Below, piece by piece: positions 25,883 to 38,937 of a stretch of DNA of 64,000 bases. Under the pieces are notes generated by a model that was not told the DNA's origin, made no database searches, and worked only from the letters and a program-made list of their open reading frames with translations. This stretch comes from Octopus vulgaris. Its lineage: Eukaryota. Position numbers and translations under genes: made by a program. The DNA lies in contig OX597817.1 in assembly GCA_951406725.2 (NCBI GenBank), positions 124,434,001 through 124,498,000 on the forward strand, in the 5' to 3' direction. Every line of letters begins with the position of its first letter. Within the stretch, counting starts at the first letter, position 1.

Positions 25883-25889
25883 TTTTGAA

Positions 25890-27128
25890 TAATACACCAG
25901 CATTAGTGACCTTGACATCAGAATTATCATTAATGCCAGAAAGTCAATTCTGGCTCCTGATGATTCGTTCTGGGTGAAAAAGAAAACCTATTGTTTGACG
26001 TCTCAATGGGGAGCTTTGACAGGGCTGAAATCACCAACCTCGTTGGGTCAAACATCTTGGATACTTCAAGAGACATACCAACCATCTATAGGGACAACAG
26101 CCTGACTATCTCAAACCATATGAACGGCCACACCATGGACAGGTTCAGGAGGGACTTGATAAAAATACTTAAGGAGTTCAGCCTGTCCATAACGGTTACT
26201 GCCAACCTGATGACAGTTGATTTCTTGGATGTAACCTTAGACCTAAGTACGGGAAAGTATTACCCATACCAGAACCCTAATGAGGGCACAGTAAACATCC
26301 ACAACAGCTCAAACCATCTCCCTGCTGTAATTAGAAGCCTTGTTCCAGACATTAGTAAATGACTACCCTTGGTTAATAGAGAAATAGGGCCGCCTCCCAC
26401 TACAATGATGCTTTGGTTAGGAGCAGGTTTACTAAGAAGCTCACGTATGTGAACAACTCCCAAACACCCTCTCTTCACCCCAAATAGATTAGGAGAAAAA
26501 TTATATGGTATAACCCTCTTTCTACCTAGAAGTTTCCACCAATGTAGCTAGGGGCTTCCTGTCATTAATTAAGAAACACTTCCCCACAGGTCATAAGTAT
26601 TACATAATGTCAAGATAAGCTACTCCTGTTTAGATAATATTGCCTCTAACATTGCACACATCAGCAGATGTAAAAATGTACTCACACCACCAGCAACCCC
26701 AACCTGCAACTTCTGGAACCCCACCATGTGCCCTCTAGAAGGATCTTGTCTTCTAGGGCCGTAGTATACAGAGCCACCTTACACCATCTGATGGCATTAC
26801 TAGACACTATACAGAGATGACAGCTAATGATTTCATGGGAAGATACTCCCAGCATATGCACTCATTCAGATCCAGGGATAGAGAGAACTCTACTTCCCTG
26901 TCTCGTTTTCTCTGGAGATTCTGTGATCTCTAAGATGAAATACCCAACATCAAGTGGACTATTGTCAACAGAGCACCACTATATTCCCCCAGTGCCCCCA
27001 ACTACCAGCTCTGCCTCTGCAAAAGACTGCATATCCTCCAGCAACCCACAGTATCCATCAACAAGAAATAAGTTTTATTGTATTGTTGTCACCAGAGATG
27101 TGCCCTTATGGCAAATTTCAGACCTATG
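25890..27128 (+). pseudogene. PLE reverse transcriptase plus C-terminal GIY-YIG endonuclease, degraded
   Basis: FDVSMGSFD.AE, IYRDN (YRDD type), VDFLDVTLDL, HNSSNH, RKIIWYNP, KHFP, KISYSC, CN...CPLEGSCL, HSFR...STSLSRFLW, IKWTI, QLCLC. Confidence 0.88.
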
Positions 27129-27226
27129 ACTGCCGACAACCTGGATATAGTTTAGTACCAGCTACTACTTTGCACCGCCTGCACCAAGGTAACCACTACC
27201 AACCAGCCCCATGATCAGGACTGCCA

Positions 27227-27311
27227 TTTACCAATCCCCAACGTTTACCAACCCCCAACACATACCAAGCCCCAACACTTACCAATTCCCAACACTTACC
27301 AATCCCCAATG
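27227..27311 (+). repeat. 5 x 17-bp minisatellite in the PLE 3' region
   Basis: Unit cttaccaatccccaaca with variants. Confidence 0.85.
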
Positions 27312-27810
27312 CTTGTTTTGTATACTTACGCACAAGCATGTGTTAATGCACATGTGCACATGAATGCATTTTTGTGCTCTCACTGGTATGTATGCAAATA
27401 TACATGTGTACTTATTAATGAATACACATGCATGCATGTTCATCCAATCATGTGTGTATGTGTGTGCTCATGTATAGATGTGCACACTTGCATCAATATA
27501 CACATGCATGCAAAACTATATGAGTGCATCTACACACCCACATATATAACTATATACTTGCACATGCCGCCATTTCTTACTCCCCACCCCCACAACAACC
27601 TGACTAACTTCTAGTCTATTTCTTGTCTTCCACATGGTCAGTTTCCTGTTCACCATGCAGTGTTTCCCAATTAACTGTTACCTGTATGCAAGCATGAAAC
27701 ATGATATCATGTGACCTTCCATGACTAGCATCACACTTGAAACTTAAGTATAGCAACGAATTTGAATCAAACTGTTTTGATACATACATACATACATACA
27801 TACATACAGA

Positions 27811-28147
27811 TATTTCGTTTTGGGATTTGGTTTGCAAGATTCTTTATGTGAGTTCATGTGTTGAAGCATATTCTGTTGCATCTGTGCAGAGTCATTCTCT
27901 TTTCGTGCCTTATAATTTAACACACTCACCGGTAAAATTTCCACTCACTTACTTATTTAGTTTACTACAATTTTCGTTGCATCTTGCAATCTTTTCAATA
28001 GTTGTTGACTCATGCAACTATTGAAAATTATTACAAGATGCAACAAAAATTTTAGAAAAATAAATAAGTAAATGAGTGGAAATTTTACCGGTGAGTGTGT
28101 TAAATTATAAGTCACTAAAAGCAAATGACTCTCCCCAGACTCAACAG
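27811..28147. mobile_element. Palindromic copy of repeat family G (arms about 132 bp, 10-nt loop)
   Basis: 27873-28004 is the reverse complement of 28015-28147. The family recurs at 28622-28757 and 34065-34314. Confidence 0.88.
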
Positions 28148-28197
<50 letters not shown>

Positions 28198-28411
28198 TCC
28201 TTATCGTCATAATCATTTGGCATCCACTATATGCTGCTGATGATGAGGAGGATATAGTATATACACATATATACACACACATATATACACACACAGATAC
28301 ACACACACACATACAAAGACAAAAACATGAACACAAACACATACACATAAACACACAAGCAGATGAATATGCAGGATACATGCATACATACAAACGTGCA
28401 CACATGCATAT

Positions 28412-28473
<62 letters not shown>

Positions 28474-28621
28474 GCATGTGTGTGTGTACACACATACATG
28501 CATACACACATGCATGCAGAGTACATACATACATGTATGTATGCTCATGCACACTAACACATGTATGCACACAAGCAAACAAAAAAAAAGAACGCAGTTC
28601 CTATAATGGACAGTGTCAATG

Positions 28622-28757
28622 TCTATTGAAAAGGTTGCAAAATGCAACAAAATTTTACTAAAAATAAATAAGTAAATGAGTGGAAATCAGACTGGTGAGT
28701 GTGTTAAATTAATAAGGCACTAAAAGAGCATGACTCCCCACAGACACAATAAAATAT
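28622..28757 (+). mobile_element. Repeat family G single arm
   Basis: ctattgaaaaggttgcaaaatgcaac...gtgagtgtgttaaatt...tgactccccacagacac. Confidence 0.85.
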
Positions 28758-29481
28758 ACACATACATATTCAATTATTATTGTCCCCATACTCATCATCA
28801 CCATCATCGCTTAGAAAGATCACTTTCTATGCTTGCATGGGTTGGAACACTTTTGGGTTCTGTTTGATTCTTTTGATTGGTTGGAACACTTTTTTGATTT
28901 GATGGGTTGGAATATTTTTGGGTTCTGTTTAATTTTTTTGATTACCCACTGTTCCTCTGCAGCTCTGATTTTCAATGGAGGTTTTCATGTCGGTCTACAG
29001 ATGAAGTTTTTTTTCCAACTCCAGCCTTTTTCAATGTTGTTGAATGTGGATGCTGTATGTGGGAGTATTTTGGAAGCAAGTTTGCTATGGCTGGATACCC
29101 TTCCTGTAGCCAACCTGTTTCCAAGCAAGGTGATATTACATGGAGAGACACATTTTTCTAGAATGTTGAAAATGGATGAAACTCATAATGACCAAGTTAT
29201 CAAGGCAAAGCGATACACACTCACATACATGTATATATGTGTGTGTGTATATAAATTACATTTTTTCCATAGGCTGAAACAGCTGTAAGTGATTTTAATG
29301 ATTCTAACAATTTATATTAATGTTTTTTTAATAACTATTTGTATTCTTATCTTAAAAGTATTGAATTTTATACTGTTTTATGTATGTTATTATGGTTCTA
29401 GTTTTGTTAATTAAATAAGACAACATTCTAATATCCCAAAGCTGATAAACCAACTAATGTGCTTCTCCATTTTCTTATTTG

Positions 29482-29526
<45 letters not shown>

Positions 29527-31316
29527 AAAATAGATATAATGTTGATACTCATAAAAGTTTAAATTCTGTGCAAGATTGTCCCCACTAAATTCCATGTATG
29601 GAATGAAAACTACCGAAAGCATCTATCCATATTTTGAAGTTGTTGATTTGTAAATATTATTTTGGAGTAAGAATCAATATAGCTAAAACCTACAATTACA
29701 TTGATCCCTTTTTATATTTTATATCATCAAGAAATTTTATATCAACATTCCACCATCTTTATGTCATCGCTCCATCACATAAAGACTTCAAAATTTGAGA
29801 TAAGTATCTCTACAGTCTAAGGATAGCTACATCTTTTCCTCCTTCCATTCATTGAGAACTTGAAATGGATCATAGTTGCAATCTTTCCCTTTTAGATTAA
29901 GCTATTAAAAAAAACCCACATGCCTTGACAACATTTGATAACATTTTTCTCCTTTAAGGAAAAGGCAACTGAAGCCAAAAGAGAGAATAAAGGTGAAGAT
30001 AAAGTTTCTTGTTCTCAACAAGTCTATCCTTAAATTCTTGCAAACAGGCTAGATTCCATTAAATGCAACTAATGGCTAGATATTGTTTGGGAACTAAGTA
30101 ACAACAGTAAAGATTCTGTCTATGGTAGCTAGAGAAGAATGAACTAAGTACGTAGTTCTTTGGTTGTACAGAGAGAAATAGTGGTCATACAACAAAAGTA
30201 TTTTTAAGAGTTGCCAAGCATTTAAAACATCACTTAATACATACATCAGAATGGACTCTTAAGAAGCAAAGTGCAAGCAGGTTTTGCAAAAGTATAAAGA
30301 AATATGGCTTGAGGTTTGATTCCATTTTAATGGTACCCAAAAGGTTGGTTACTTGGAAAAGAAAATTTTACGTAAGATTTTTAAAATGTTGTAAATACTT
30401 GCTGTCAAAACATTGATGTCTATGATGCACCCGTAACCCAAGTTGCCAACAAAATCTAACATGAAGTTTTGGCCTCAAGTGTGACTTAAATTTTTAAAGA
30501 AGTATATTGAAAATGTCTACATGCTGCACTTGTTGAAGAGATGTAAAAGAAAAAAGAATAATGTGGCAATGTTGTCTTGGGCAACTGTAATCTATGAAAC
30601 ATGAAAGTAAAGAAGCTGGAGCACATAAGGTTAAAGAAAAATTCAAAAATACTGTCGCCTCAGAAAGTAAATACCTTCAACAAGAAAAGACTAAAAGCAA
30701 GCAACTGAGTTGAAGATATTTAAGGTTGATAATGTCAGTGAATTTAGAAAGCACTCCTTATTTCAAAAGAACAAATATTATGGTATAATGTTAAAAGTAG
30801 ACTAAATAAGGGAAAATGAAAATAAGAAATAGAAAATGGAACATCCAGCTATTAGATCTAAGGTTAGAAATCAATTTTGTGCTGGAAGCAAATGAAATAA
30901 AATGAAAGCAAAATAAATTCAACATTCTTCTATGTTAGAACAATGAATGATAAAATATTTATTTTTAAATAAAGCAAAGTAGGTTAAACAATTGGTGGTG
31001 GTAGCAGTGGTGGTGGTGGGGGGGGGGGTAGAACCTGATCAAAATGATGTGAACATACTCGTATTCAATTGCAGTACATGGAAAAACTATATTCAATTCT
31101 TAACGGAAAATAATGTACATGAAATAATGAGAGAGAGATAAAGAAATGGAAAGGCAAAGGAGAAAGAGAGAATCTAATTGATGACAACCTTATTGAGCAT
31201 ATGAAACAAATGTCAAACCATTTTACTTTGCTCATTACATAACGAGAGTATAAAGTAAAGAGGAACAAAGAGGAAATATTTTTGTGATGTGAACGTGAAG
31301 ATTATGAAACAAGCCT

Positions 31317-31368
31317 ATATATATACATATACATACATACATATATATATACATACACACTCACACAC

Positions 31369-31453
<85 letters not shown>

Positions 31454-31525
31454 CACAAACACGCACACAAATTCAAACATATACATACAAGTATATGCAC
31501 ATACGTATGTGTGTATGTGTGTGCA
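31317..31525. repeat. Compound AT/GT microsatellite
   Basis: Directly visible. Confidence 0.95.
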
Positions 31526-32658
31526 TGCTGGAGTGTCTCTAGAATAAGAAGACTGATGGAGGATGTTATACTGCTGAACATATTATTGAGGAAAGGAAAA
31601 AAAGATGTAAAGTATTTAGTGAAGTCAAGTATAAGGTAGAAAAAGCAATCTAAAAAGTTTTTCAATAAGAAAGCCAACCAATGGAAATTTTACTGATAGC
31701 TTCTGTCACATCAAAGATATGTATACAATATCACATATCTCCTGCACTTCTATATAGCTAAAAGCTGAGCAAAACAAACAGAAGCCACTTGCACAAGATA
31801 ATAATTTCAAAACTTTGGCAAAAAGCCAATCTGCCGCTTGGTTCAAACCCACCATCTGGCTCTTGCATACCTTCAGTGGAATCCACACAATTTCAAGTAT
31901 TTGAACCACATCTTCACTGAGTAAAACTTAGCCCCTAGCCTCCAACCAGCTTTGGAGACCCTAGAAAAGGTTAGTAGATGCTGCCCTTCCTCCACAAAGT
32001 AAACTCTGTTCCTCTTCATTCAGAATACAGAACCTAAATAAGATTTGCATTCTGACAGTAGGAAAACTAAACTAAATATTGTAAAGGACTTAGTTTAATA
32101 TCTATTTCTACCATTCAGTCTCTCCCAGGAATAGAGATAATATTTGATTTCCAACGCTGGTACAAGACTACATATTTTAGAAATGTTTATTCATTTAGTG
32201 AAGGTATATAATCAAGTGGCTAGGCTATTGGACTCATGATTGTAAGGTCAAGAGTTTGACTCTCATATTAGATGGTGCTTCTTGGAGAAGGTACTTCCTT
32301 TCATGATACTCAGGCAAACTTTGATGAGTTCTGTCTGCTCTAGAGTAGCACCTCAAAAATTATTATCCCAAAACACTTTGATTACTTCAGTAAACTGGAT
32401 TATGGCAGTCAATAAATCAACTGCAGTAATTAACAGGTACTTTATTTTATAGAACCAAGAAGGAGCAAATGCAAAATTGATTGGAAAAATTTGAGTTGAG
32501 CATAAAATGTAGGAACAAATATCACAAGGCATTTTGTTTGTTCTAATGGTTCTACAAACTCACACAAGACCACAAATTTAACAAAAGAATATAGTTGCCA
32601 TAAGAGATATGATTAAATGCTGTAAGTTACTTTAGTTTGATGCTTTTATGATTCTACA

Positions 32659-33116
32659 AATCCACCATTAATATTCTTTTTGCTATAGGTACAAGACCTG
32701 AAATTCTAGTGGGCAGGGTAGTAGCTGATTACATCGACCCCTATGCTCAACTAGTACTTATTTCATCGATCCCAAAAGGATGACATGTGATTTTGACCTT
32801 GGTGGAATTGTGAACTGAAGGATGGAAGAAATGCTGTTAAGCATTTCATCTGGCATGCTTACAATTCTGCCAGCTCATTGTCTTAAATCCACCATTAATA
32901 CCGACACAAAGCCTGTAATTTTGGGGGATGAAGCAAGTTGATTACATTGACCCCAGTTGTCAACTAGTACTGATTTTATCAACCTCATAAGGAGGAAAGG
33001 CAAAGCTGAACTCAGTGGAATTTGAACTCAGAATGTAAGGAGAGAAGAAATGTGCTGCTAAGCATTTTGCCTTGCTAACCATTCTACCAGTTCACTCCCT
33101 TGAATCCACCACTAAT
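32659..33116 (-). mobile_element. Two tandem SINE B copies separated and flanked by a triplicated target site
   Basis: aatccacca(t/c)taat at 32659, 32886 and 33103. Older degenerate B copies lie on both sides. Confidence 0.82.
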
Positions 33117-34064
33117 TTCTAACTCTGACAAAAGCCCAAAAGTTTAAAAAATGGATATTGATATTAAAATAAGCTACAGTAATTGAGTGATACTGATTTT
33201 ATTGATGACTTTTAGACATATGAAAGGCAAAAATTCAATCTTTACTAGATTTCATTACAGAACTTAAAGAGATGAAACTATGATGCTGCAGGGCATATTC
33301 TTCAGTGATCTACTGATTCTATCTTCCACTAACCTATTATTAATAATAATGATGAATACAATGCCATAGATTTATATATTCATTCACTCTGTCCAAACCT
33401 CTGTTCATATTCTGGTAACTTGAGGGTAAACTGTGACACCTCTTCAGCATCTTATTTCCATTCCAAACTAGGATCTCCTGGGACATATGGCATCTACTGA
33501 TACATTTCTGGTAATATATTTTTTATTACTAAATGTGGGTACCTTGATTTTTAGTAAATTTCACTGAATTTCTCTACCAAGGCGGGCTGAAAATTCATGG
33601 GCTGACTAAGAAAGAGTAATACTAGAGCTGTGAAATCTTGCATATCATAATTTCCATACTTCTTATTAAAAACTGCATTGCTTCCTTCCAAGTAAACTGA
33701 CATCTAACTCTTCAAAGAAAACTTCAAACGTAACTAGTAGCAACTTCACTTGGACAAAAATTGGCATTGTGCAGTTATCAAATGAAAAATGGCTTAGCCC
33801 CTAAAGTATACCAACGGTTCGAAAAAGGAAGCAGTGAACTTAGGCTTTTATTTGCTTACAATTCGACCAGCTCTGAAGAACAATACACGTTCCTTAATTT
33901 ATACTTTTTCAGTAAGACACAAATATACACTATCAATATCCAGTACAAGTTCACATACTGAAAACAAAAGGTGAGTCTACATATTTAAACAAATGAACTA
34001 ATATATTCACCTGATTAATATCGAATTCACTCATTTTTACTTTCCATTTATTATTCTAATTACA

Positions 34065-34314
34065 TTCTGTTTTGTCTGGGGAGAGTCATTTTCTTTTTGT
34101 GCCTTATAATGTAACACACTCACCAGTAAAATTTTCACTTATTTCTTATTTTTATTTTCTAACATTTTCGTTGTGTCTTGCAACCTTTTCAATAGTCTTG
34201 AGTGTGTTATATTATAAGGCACAAAAAGAAAATGACTCTCCCCAGACACAACAGAATATGCTTCAACACACGAACTCATATAAAGAATCTTGCAAACCAA
34301 ATCCAAAAACGAAA
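34065..34314. mobile_element. Repeat family G, inverted structure, 13-bp TSD
   Basis: tattctaattaca at 34052-34064 and 34315-34327; minus arm followed by plus arm. Confidence 0.85.
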
Positions 34315-35154
34315 TATTCTAATTACAATTTATTATAATTTAAATGCACAGAGTCAGATGAAACAGGTTCAAATTCTATTTTAGGCAATCAAACAGCTGT
34401 ATCTGAGAACTATAAAATACACCAGAAATCTTTCCTACAATCTACATAATTACATAAAATCACAACTGTCCCCAAGGATATTCATGCTCACATAGTTGCT
34501 ACTTTAGGGGATGATGCTCCAGCTTCATCAACTGTGCAAAAGTGGACAATTGAATTTAGGAGAGAAAGGGAGAGTGCTGAAGATGACCCGAGGCCTGGAC
34601 GTTCTACGACTGCCACTGCTGAGGAAAACATGATCATGTGAAGGAGGAAAGGCGATTGACTGTAAATCAAAGAGCCAATGCTATAAGCATATCTTGTGAG
34701 AGAGTTGAGAATATCCTGCTCAATGAAATTGGCATGATGACAGATTTTGCTAAGTGGGTACCACATCTCCTGACACCAGATTAAAAGCACACTAGACTGA
34801 TTACATCATGGGAAAATCTTACATTGTTTGAGGCATATCCAGTTAGTTTCCTTGATTATCTTCCTTCCCATGATGAGTGTTGGGTTCATCACTTTGAGTC
34901 AGAGACAAAGAGACAGTCCATGCAGGGGAAAAACTCCTCTTCACCTGCTCCAAATAAGACTAAGGTCATTTCATCTTTTCCCCAACATGAAAGGAACTTT
35001 TGGTTGGGAACCAGTATCACAGTGATGAGGAAGTCATATCTGCTGTTGATGATTTCTTAGATTAACAGGATAAAAGCTTCTTCCCCAATGGGATCCATGC
35101 AGTGGAAGAAGTGTGTGAGATACAAGGGCCCAATGTTAAAAAAACAGACCACAT

Positions 35155-35553
35155 TTACTCTTTTACTTGTTTCAGTCATGTGACTGTGGCCATGCTGGAG
35201 CACCACCTTTAGTCGAGCAAATCGACCCCAGGAGTTATACTTTGGAAGCCTAGTACTTATTCTATCGGTCTCTTTTGCCGAACTGCTAAGTTACAGGGAT
35301 TTAAACACACCAGCATCGGTTGTCAAGCGATGTTGGGGGACAAAAACAGACACATAAACATAGAAACACACATACATATATATATATACATATATACGAC
35401 GAGCTTCTTTCAGTTTCCATCTACTAAATCCACCCACAAGGCTTAAGTCGGCCTGAGGCTATAGTAGAAGACATTTGCCCAAGGTGCCACGCAGTAGGAC
35501 TGAACCCAGAACCATGTGGTTGGTAAGCAAGCTACTTACCACACAACCACTCT
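35155..35553 (-). mobile_element. SINE family A nested in mariner
   Basis: Full reverse-complement match to family A. Confidence 0.9.
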
Positions 35554-35603
35554 TAATGAAAGTATGGTAGTCAGTCTATGGAATTTTCAGCCAACACTCT
35601 TAT

Positions 35604-35798
35604 GTTGTTAAGCAACAAGACGGGTGATTAAGTGATGGTCTAGGGCTTAGGGGCAGGAGACCCCAGACCTTGGGAAAAAAAAGAAACTTTGGTCGTCTTG
35701 TTGTAGTCGAGGGCTCTTCGTTGACGCCCAACACCACTGGGAAGTGGCCCTTGAAGTCGCTGGAAATGGAGATCTCCAGGTCCAAATTCTTGAATGGC
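35604..35798 (-). mobile_element. GC-rich short repeat family E, copy 1
   Basis: Reverse complement of 59497-59706, with the same boundaries and an AAC tail. Confidence 0.85.
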
Positions 35799-36491
35799 AT
35801 ACTCTATTGTTGTAAGAGGTAGCTAAAAGGGTTAGTATCATCAAGGGTATTTAGCTGTAAAAGATTACCTCAAGAAGTCCCATTCAACTTTATGCCAGCA
35901 TGGAAAAGCAGATATAAAAATTATAAAAATGATGATGATGATGATGATTATGATGTCAACAAAGATAATGCTGATGAAGCTTTTGGAAGAATGAAAGCCA
36001 AAATCAACAATGAGAGAACTACTGGATCTGAAAACATAAATGAACCTAATTAAATACTGCAGAATATTTCATTCAGAATGCTATTGTTTGTGTCAGTCAC
36101 AAGACTCAATGGAGAAACCTTTATGTAGTTGCTTGAACTGCCAGAAATAGTCAATTGTACTAAGAAAAAAAATGAAGGACACATTTAATAATGTAGTCAT
36201 GCACTGCTATATACACATACTCCACTAAAACATTCTGACACCACTCTCCCTCAGAACTACTTCCAAACGTAGATACACTCCTATACTTGCATTTATACAC
36301 CCACACTCCCTCTATCACTCTCTCTCTCTCTCTCTCTTTTTCTTCTGGTGAAAGACTAATGTCAGAAAAGTTTAACACACTTTTCCAGTCTATTAAAGGG
36401 TTAAGTTAACATACTATTTGTTAAACTTTGTCCATTCCTTCTGTATTTCCATTCTTTTTTTATTCATTATTTTATTTTATTTACACTATAT

Positions 36492-36648
36492 ATCATCATC
36501 ATCATCATCATCATCAACGTTTAACGTCCGTTTTGCATGCTAGCACGGGTTGGACGGTTCGACCGGGGTCTGGGACGCCAGGAGGCTGCGCCAGGCTCCA
36601 GTCTGATCTGGCAGTGTTTCTACAGCTGGATGCCCTTCCTAACACCAA
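36492..36648 (-). mobile_element. Repeat family C 3' fragment
   Basis: (CAT)n cgtttaacgtccgttttgcatgctagc...tacagctggatgcccttcctaac. Confidence 0.85.
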
Positions 36649-37284
36649 AGGGGCGTATATATATATATATATATATAAGTACATACACACATTTATACAA
36701 AACATCTTTGAGAACATGTGGCTTTTACCAAAAAATCTTCATGAATAATGATAATGGTTTCTATCATGAACAAGAAGTGTCAGCTTTAGAAAGAAGAGTG
36801 TAATTGACTTAATTGACACATACAACCTAATATTTAACAGCAACTTATCTTAACTACCTTGGAATGAGGAAAAAATAATCATATTTTAAATTGCATCAGG
36901 ACTCACAACATTTATAGGAGAGGAGTATCAGCAACCAGATAAAGAGCATTGTATATCTCTGGTACTTAATGTTTTCAGTCGACAGAGTTAAGTCGAATAG
37001 AATGCATTGAAATATTACTTCTAACTCTCAGTGCGCTGGGCTTCAAGCTAAAAAGAAGCAGTCACACAAACCTCTTAAAACTATGTGATAATTTGTAATT
37101 CACTCAAAGCATTGTCAATAAATAAGAATTACATTTAACAAAGTGACCTGAATGCTAAGTGATTAAAAGAAATGAGCATCCAGTTGTATGATTGACAGAA
37201 TTACCTACTTGTTAAATTGACATGTAAGTAACTGAATATTCACTGACTTGCGCATGTCTAATAGTAATTCTCTTCATAACGAGT

Positions 37285-37490
37285 TTGGTTTTTGATACAA
37301 GGCCAGCAACTTTCTTAGGGAGATGTTGACATTCAATTACATAGATCTCAGTTATTGACTGGTACTTATTTTATTGACCCCAAAAGGTTGAAACACAAAG
37401 TTGACTTTGGCAGAATTTGAACTCAGAATGTAGAAAGTTCGAAGAAATGGTATTACATATTTTTCTCAATGCACTATCGATTCTGTCAAC
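37285..37490 (-). mobile_element. SINE family B (tail type 2), diverged
   Basis: ctggtacttattttattgaccc...cagaatttgaactcagaatg. Confidence 0.75.
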
Positions 37491-37856
37491 TTTCTTGTAG
37501 GAATGTACATATCATATGATGTGTTAATTATAAGCAAAAGTACATAAAAGATGAATGGAATGAAATACATGCAAACATGACACAACTGTACATGAATACT
37601 CAAAATTTACAGACACATTACCATACATGCATACATATACACGAAAAGAGACATTTAACAAAATTTATCTGTCAGCACGTGTAAAAATTATGAACTAATT
37701 TACGATGTGTGATATTAGTTAATCTAGAGTAGTGCTTTGTACTGTGTAAGTATCATGGACTTAAAACTGTGTTGTGATTGAATTGTTTTTGCTTTTGTTT
37801 TTAAAAACATTGTTTACAATGCAGTGTATGCTTAATATATTATCAGAGAGATGGTA

Positions 37857-37887
37857 TACACATGCATTCATGTATACATACTTCAAA

Positions 37888-37920
<33 letters not shown>

Positions 37921-38285
37921 GCAGACATGCTAACAGATGCAAGCACACAAAAATATCTACTGATTACACATACATTCATGTATACATACTTGAAATGCAT
38001 AGACACACAGACACACACACATGCAGACATGCTAACAGATGCAAGCACACAAAAATATCTTCAGATTACACATACATTCATGTATACATACTTGAAATGC
38101 ACAGACACACAGAAACACACACATATGCAGACATGCTAACAGATGCAAGTACACAAAAATATCTATAGATTACACATACATTCATGTATACATACTTAAA
38201 ATGCATGGACACACAGACACTCGCACATATGCAGACATGCTAACAGATGTAAGCACACAAAAATATCTATAGATTACACATACAG
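37857..38285 (+). repeat. Tandem repeat, 4 copies of 102-104 bp
   Basis: gcagacatgctaacagatg at 37921, 38023, 38127 and 38231. Confidence 0.92.
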
Positions 38286-38937
38286 AAGCAGCAGACTTAC
38301 AAGTATGCATATATATTGCAATTTATTTTTTAAAAAAAATATTGTTTACAATGTTAGGCAAAGTAAAATAAATTATCCAAGATACTGACATACACATACA
38401 TTCACATACACATACTGGAATAAAGATGCAACTACACAGACAAATATCTAAATATGTATTTACACATACAAGCAATAAAGTTTACAAATAAGGATATACA
38501 TGCATTCACTATTTGAGTCAAGAATGGAGCATTAGCACAGTTGCTTGAACTGCTAGAAATAGCAGATAAGTTTTCCTCAAATTAACCCAACCATCTTAAA
38601 AAAAGATAAAGACGCATTATATAATGTAATCTTCAAAAAAATGTTTGAGAAAAATATGAAAAACTCAGAGATGGAAAGGTTTTGATTAGGTGTAACTTCA
38701 TCAGCGGTGAACTGAGTTTAAACACTACCAGCACCTTGTTGGTAGTTGATTAAGGCCAAAATATCTAATATGAGATTATAGCTTCCCTGGGCATTAATCA
38801 ACAAGTAATATAAATATTTATCAAACTCAAATTATATCTTTGTCCACCATGAAGATCCAATACTGAGTTGATTGAAACTAAATATAGTTATAACGATTGT
38901 AAATATATACTCTAAAGGTGAGATCAAAAGTCCAAAA

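Larger units (their letters stand above)
25757..27790 (+). mobile_element. Penelope-like element, 5'-truncated, with inverted pseudo-LTR at the 5' end and pseudo-LTR at the 3' end
   Basis: Reverse complement of 25805-25880 matches 27720-27790 (gaaact.aag....caac.aatttgaatcaaactgttttgat). RT and GIY-YIG remnants lie between them. Confidence 0.88.
33577..35600 (+). mobile_element. mariner transposon with nested insertions and an internal deletion
   Basis: TA-flanked TIRs ..ggctgaaaattcatgggctgacta / tagtcagtctatggaattttcagcc... Peptides DKNWHCAVIK..KNGLAPK, PKDIHAHIVATLGDDAPASSTVQKW..EF..EDDPRPGR, WVPHLLT and HDECWVHHFE. Confidence 0.88.

Noticed and set aside
25957-25985. CTGATGA...GAAA on the plus strand
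   Set aside because: It lies in the RT coding frame (APDDSFWVKK), with no stem II or stem III pairing and no cleavage triplet.
29900-30800. Purine-rich block that looked like decayed coding sequence
   Set aside because: Many stops, and no motif I could assign.
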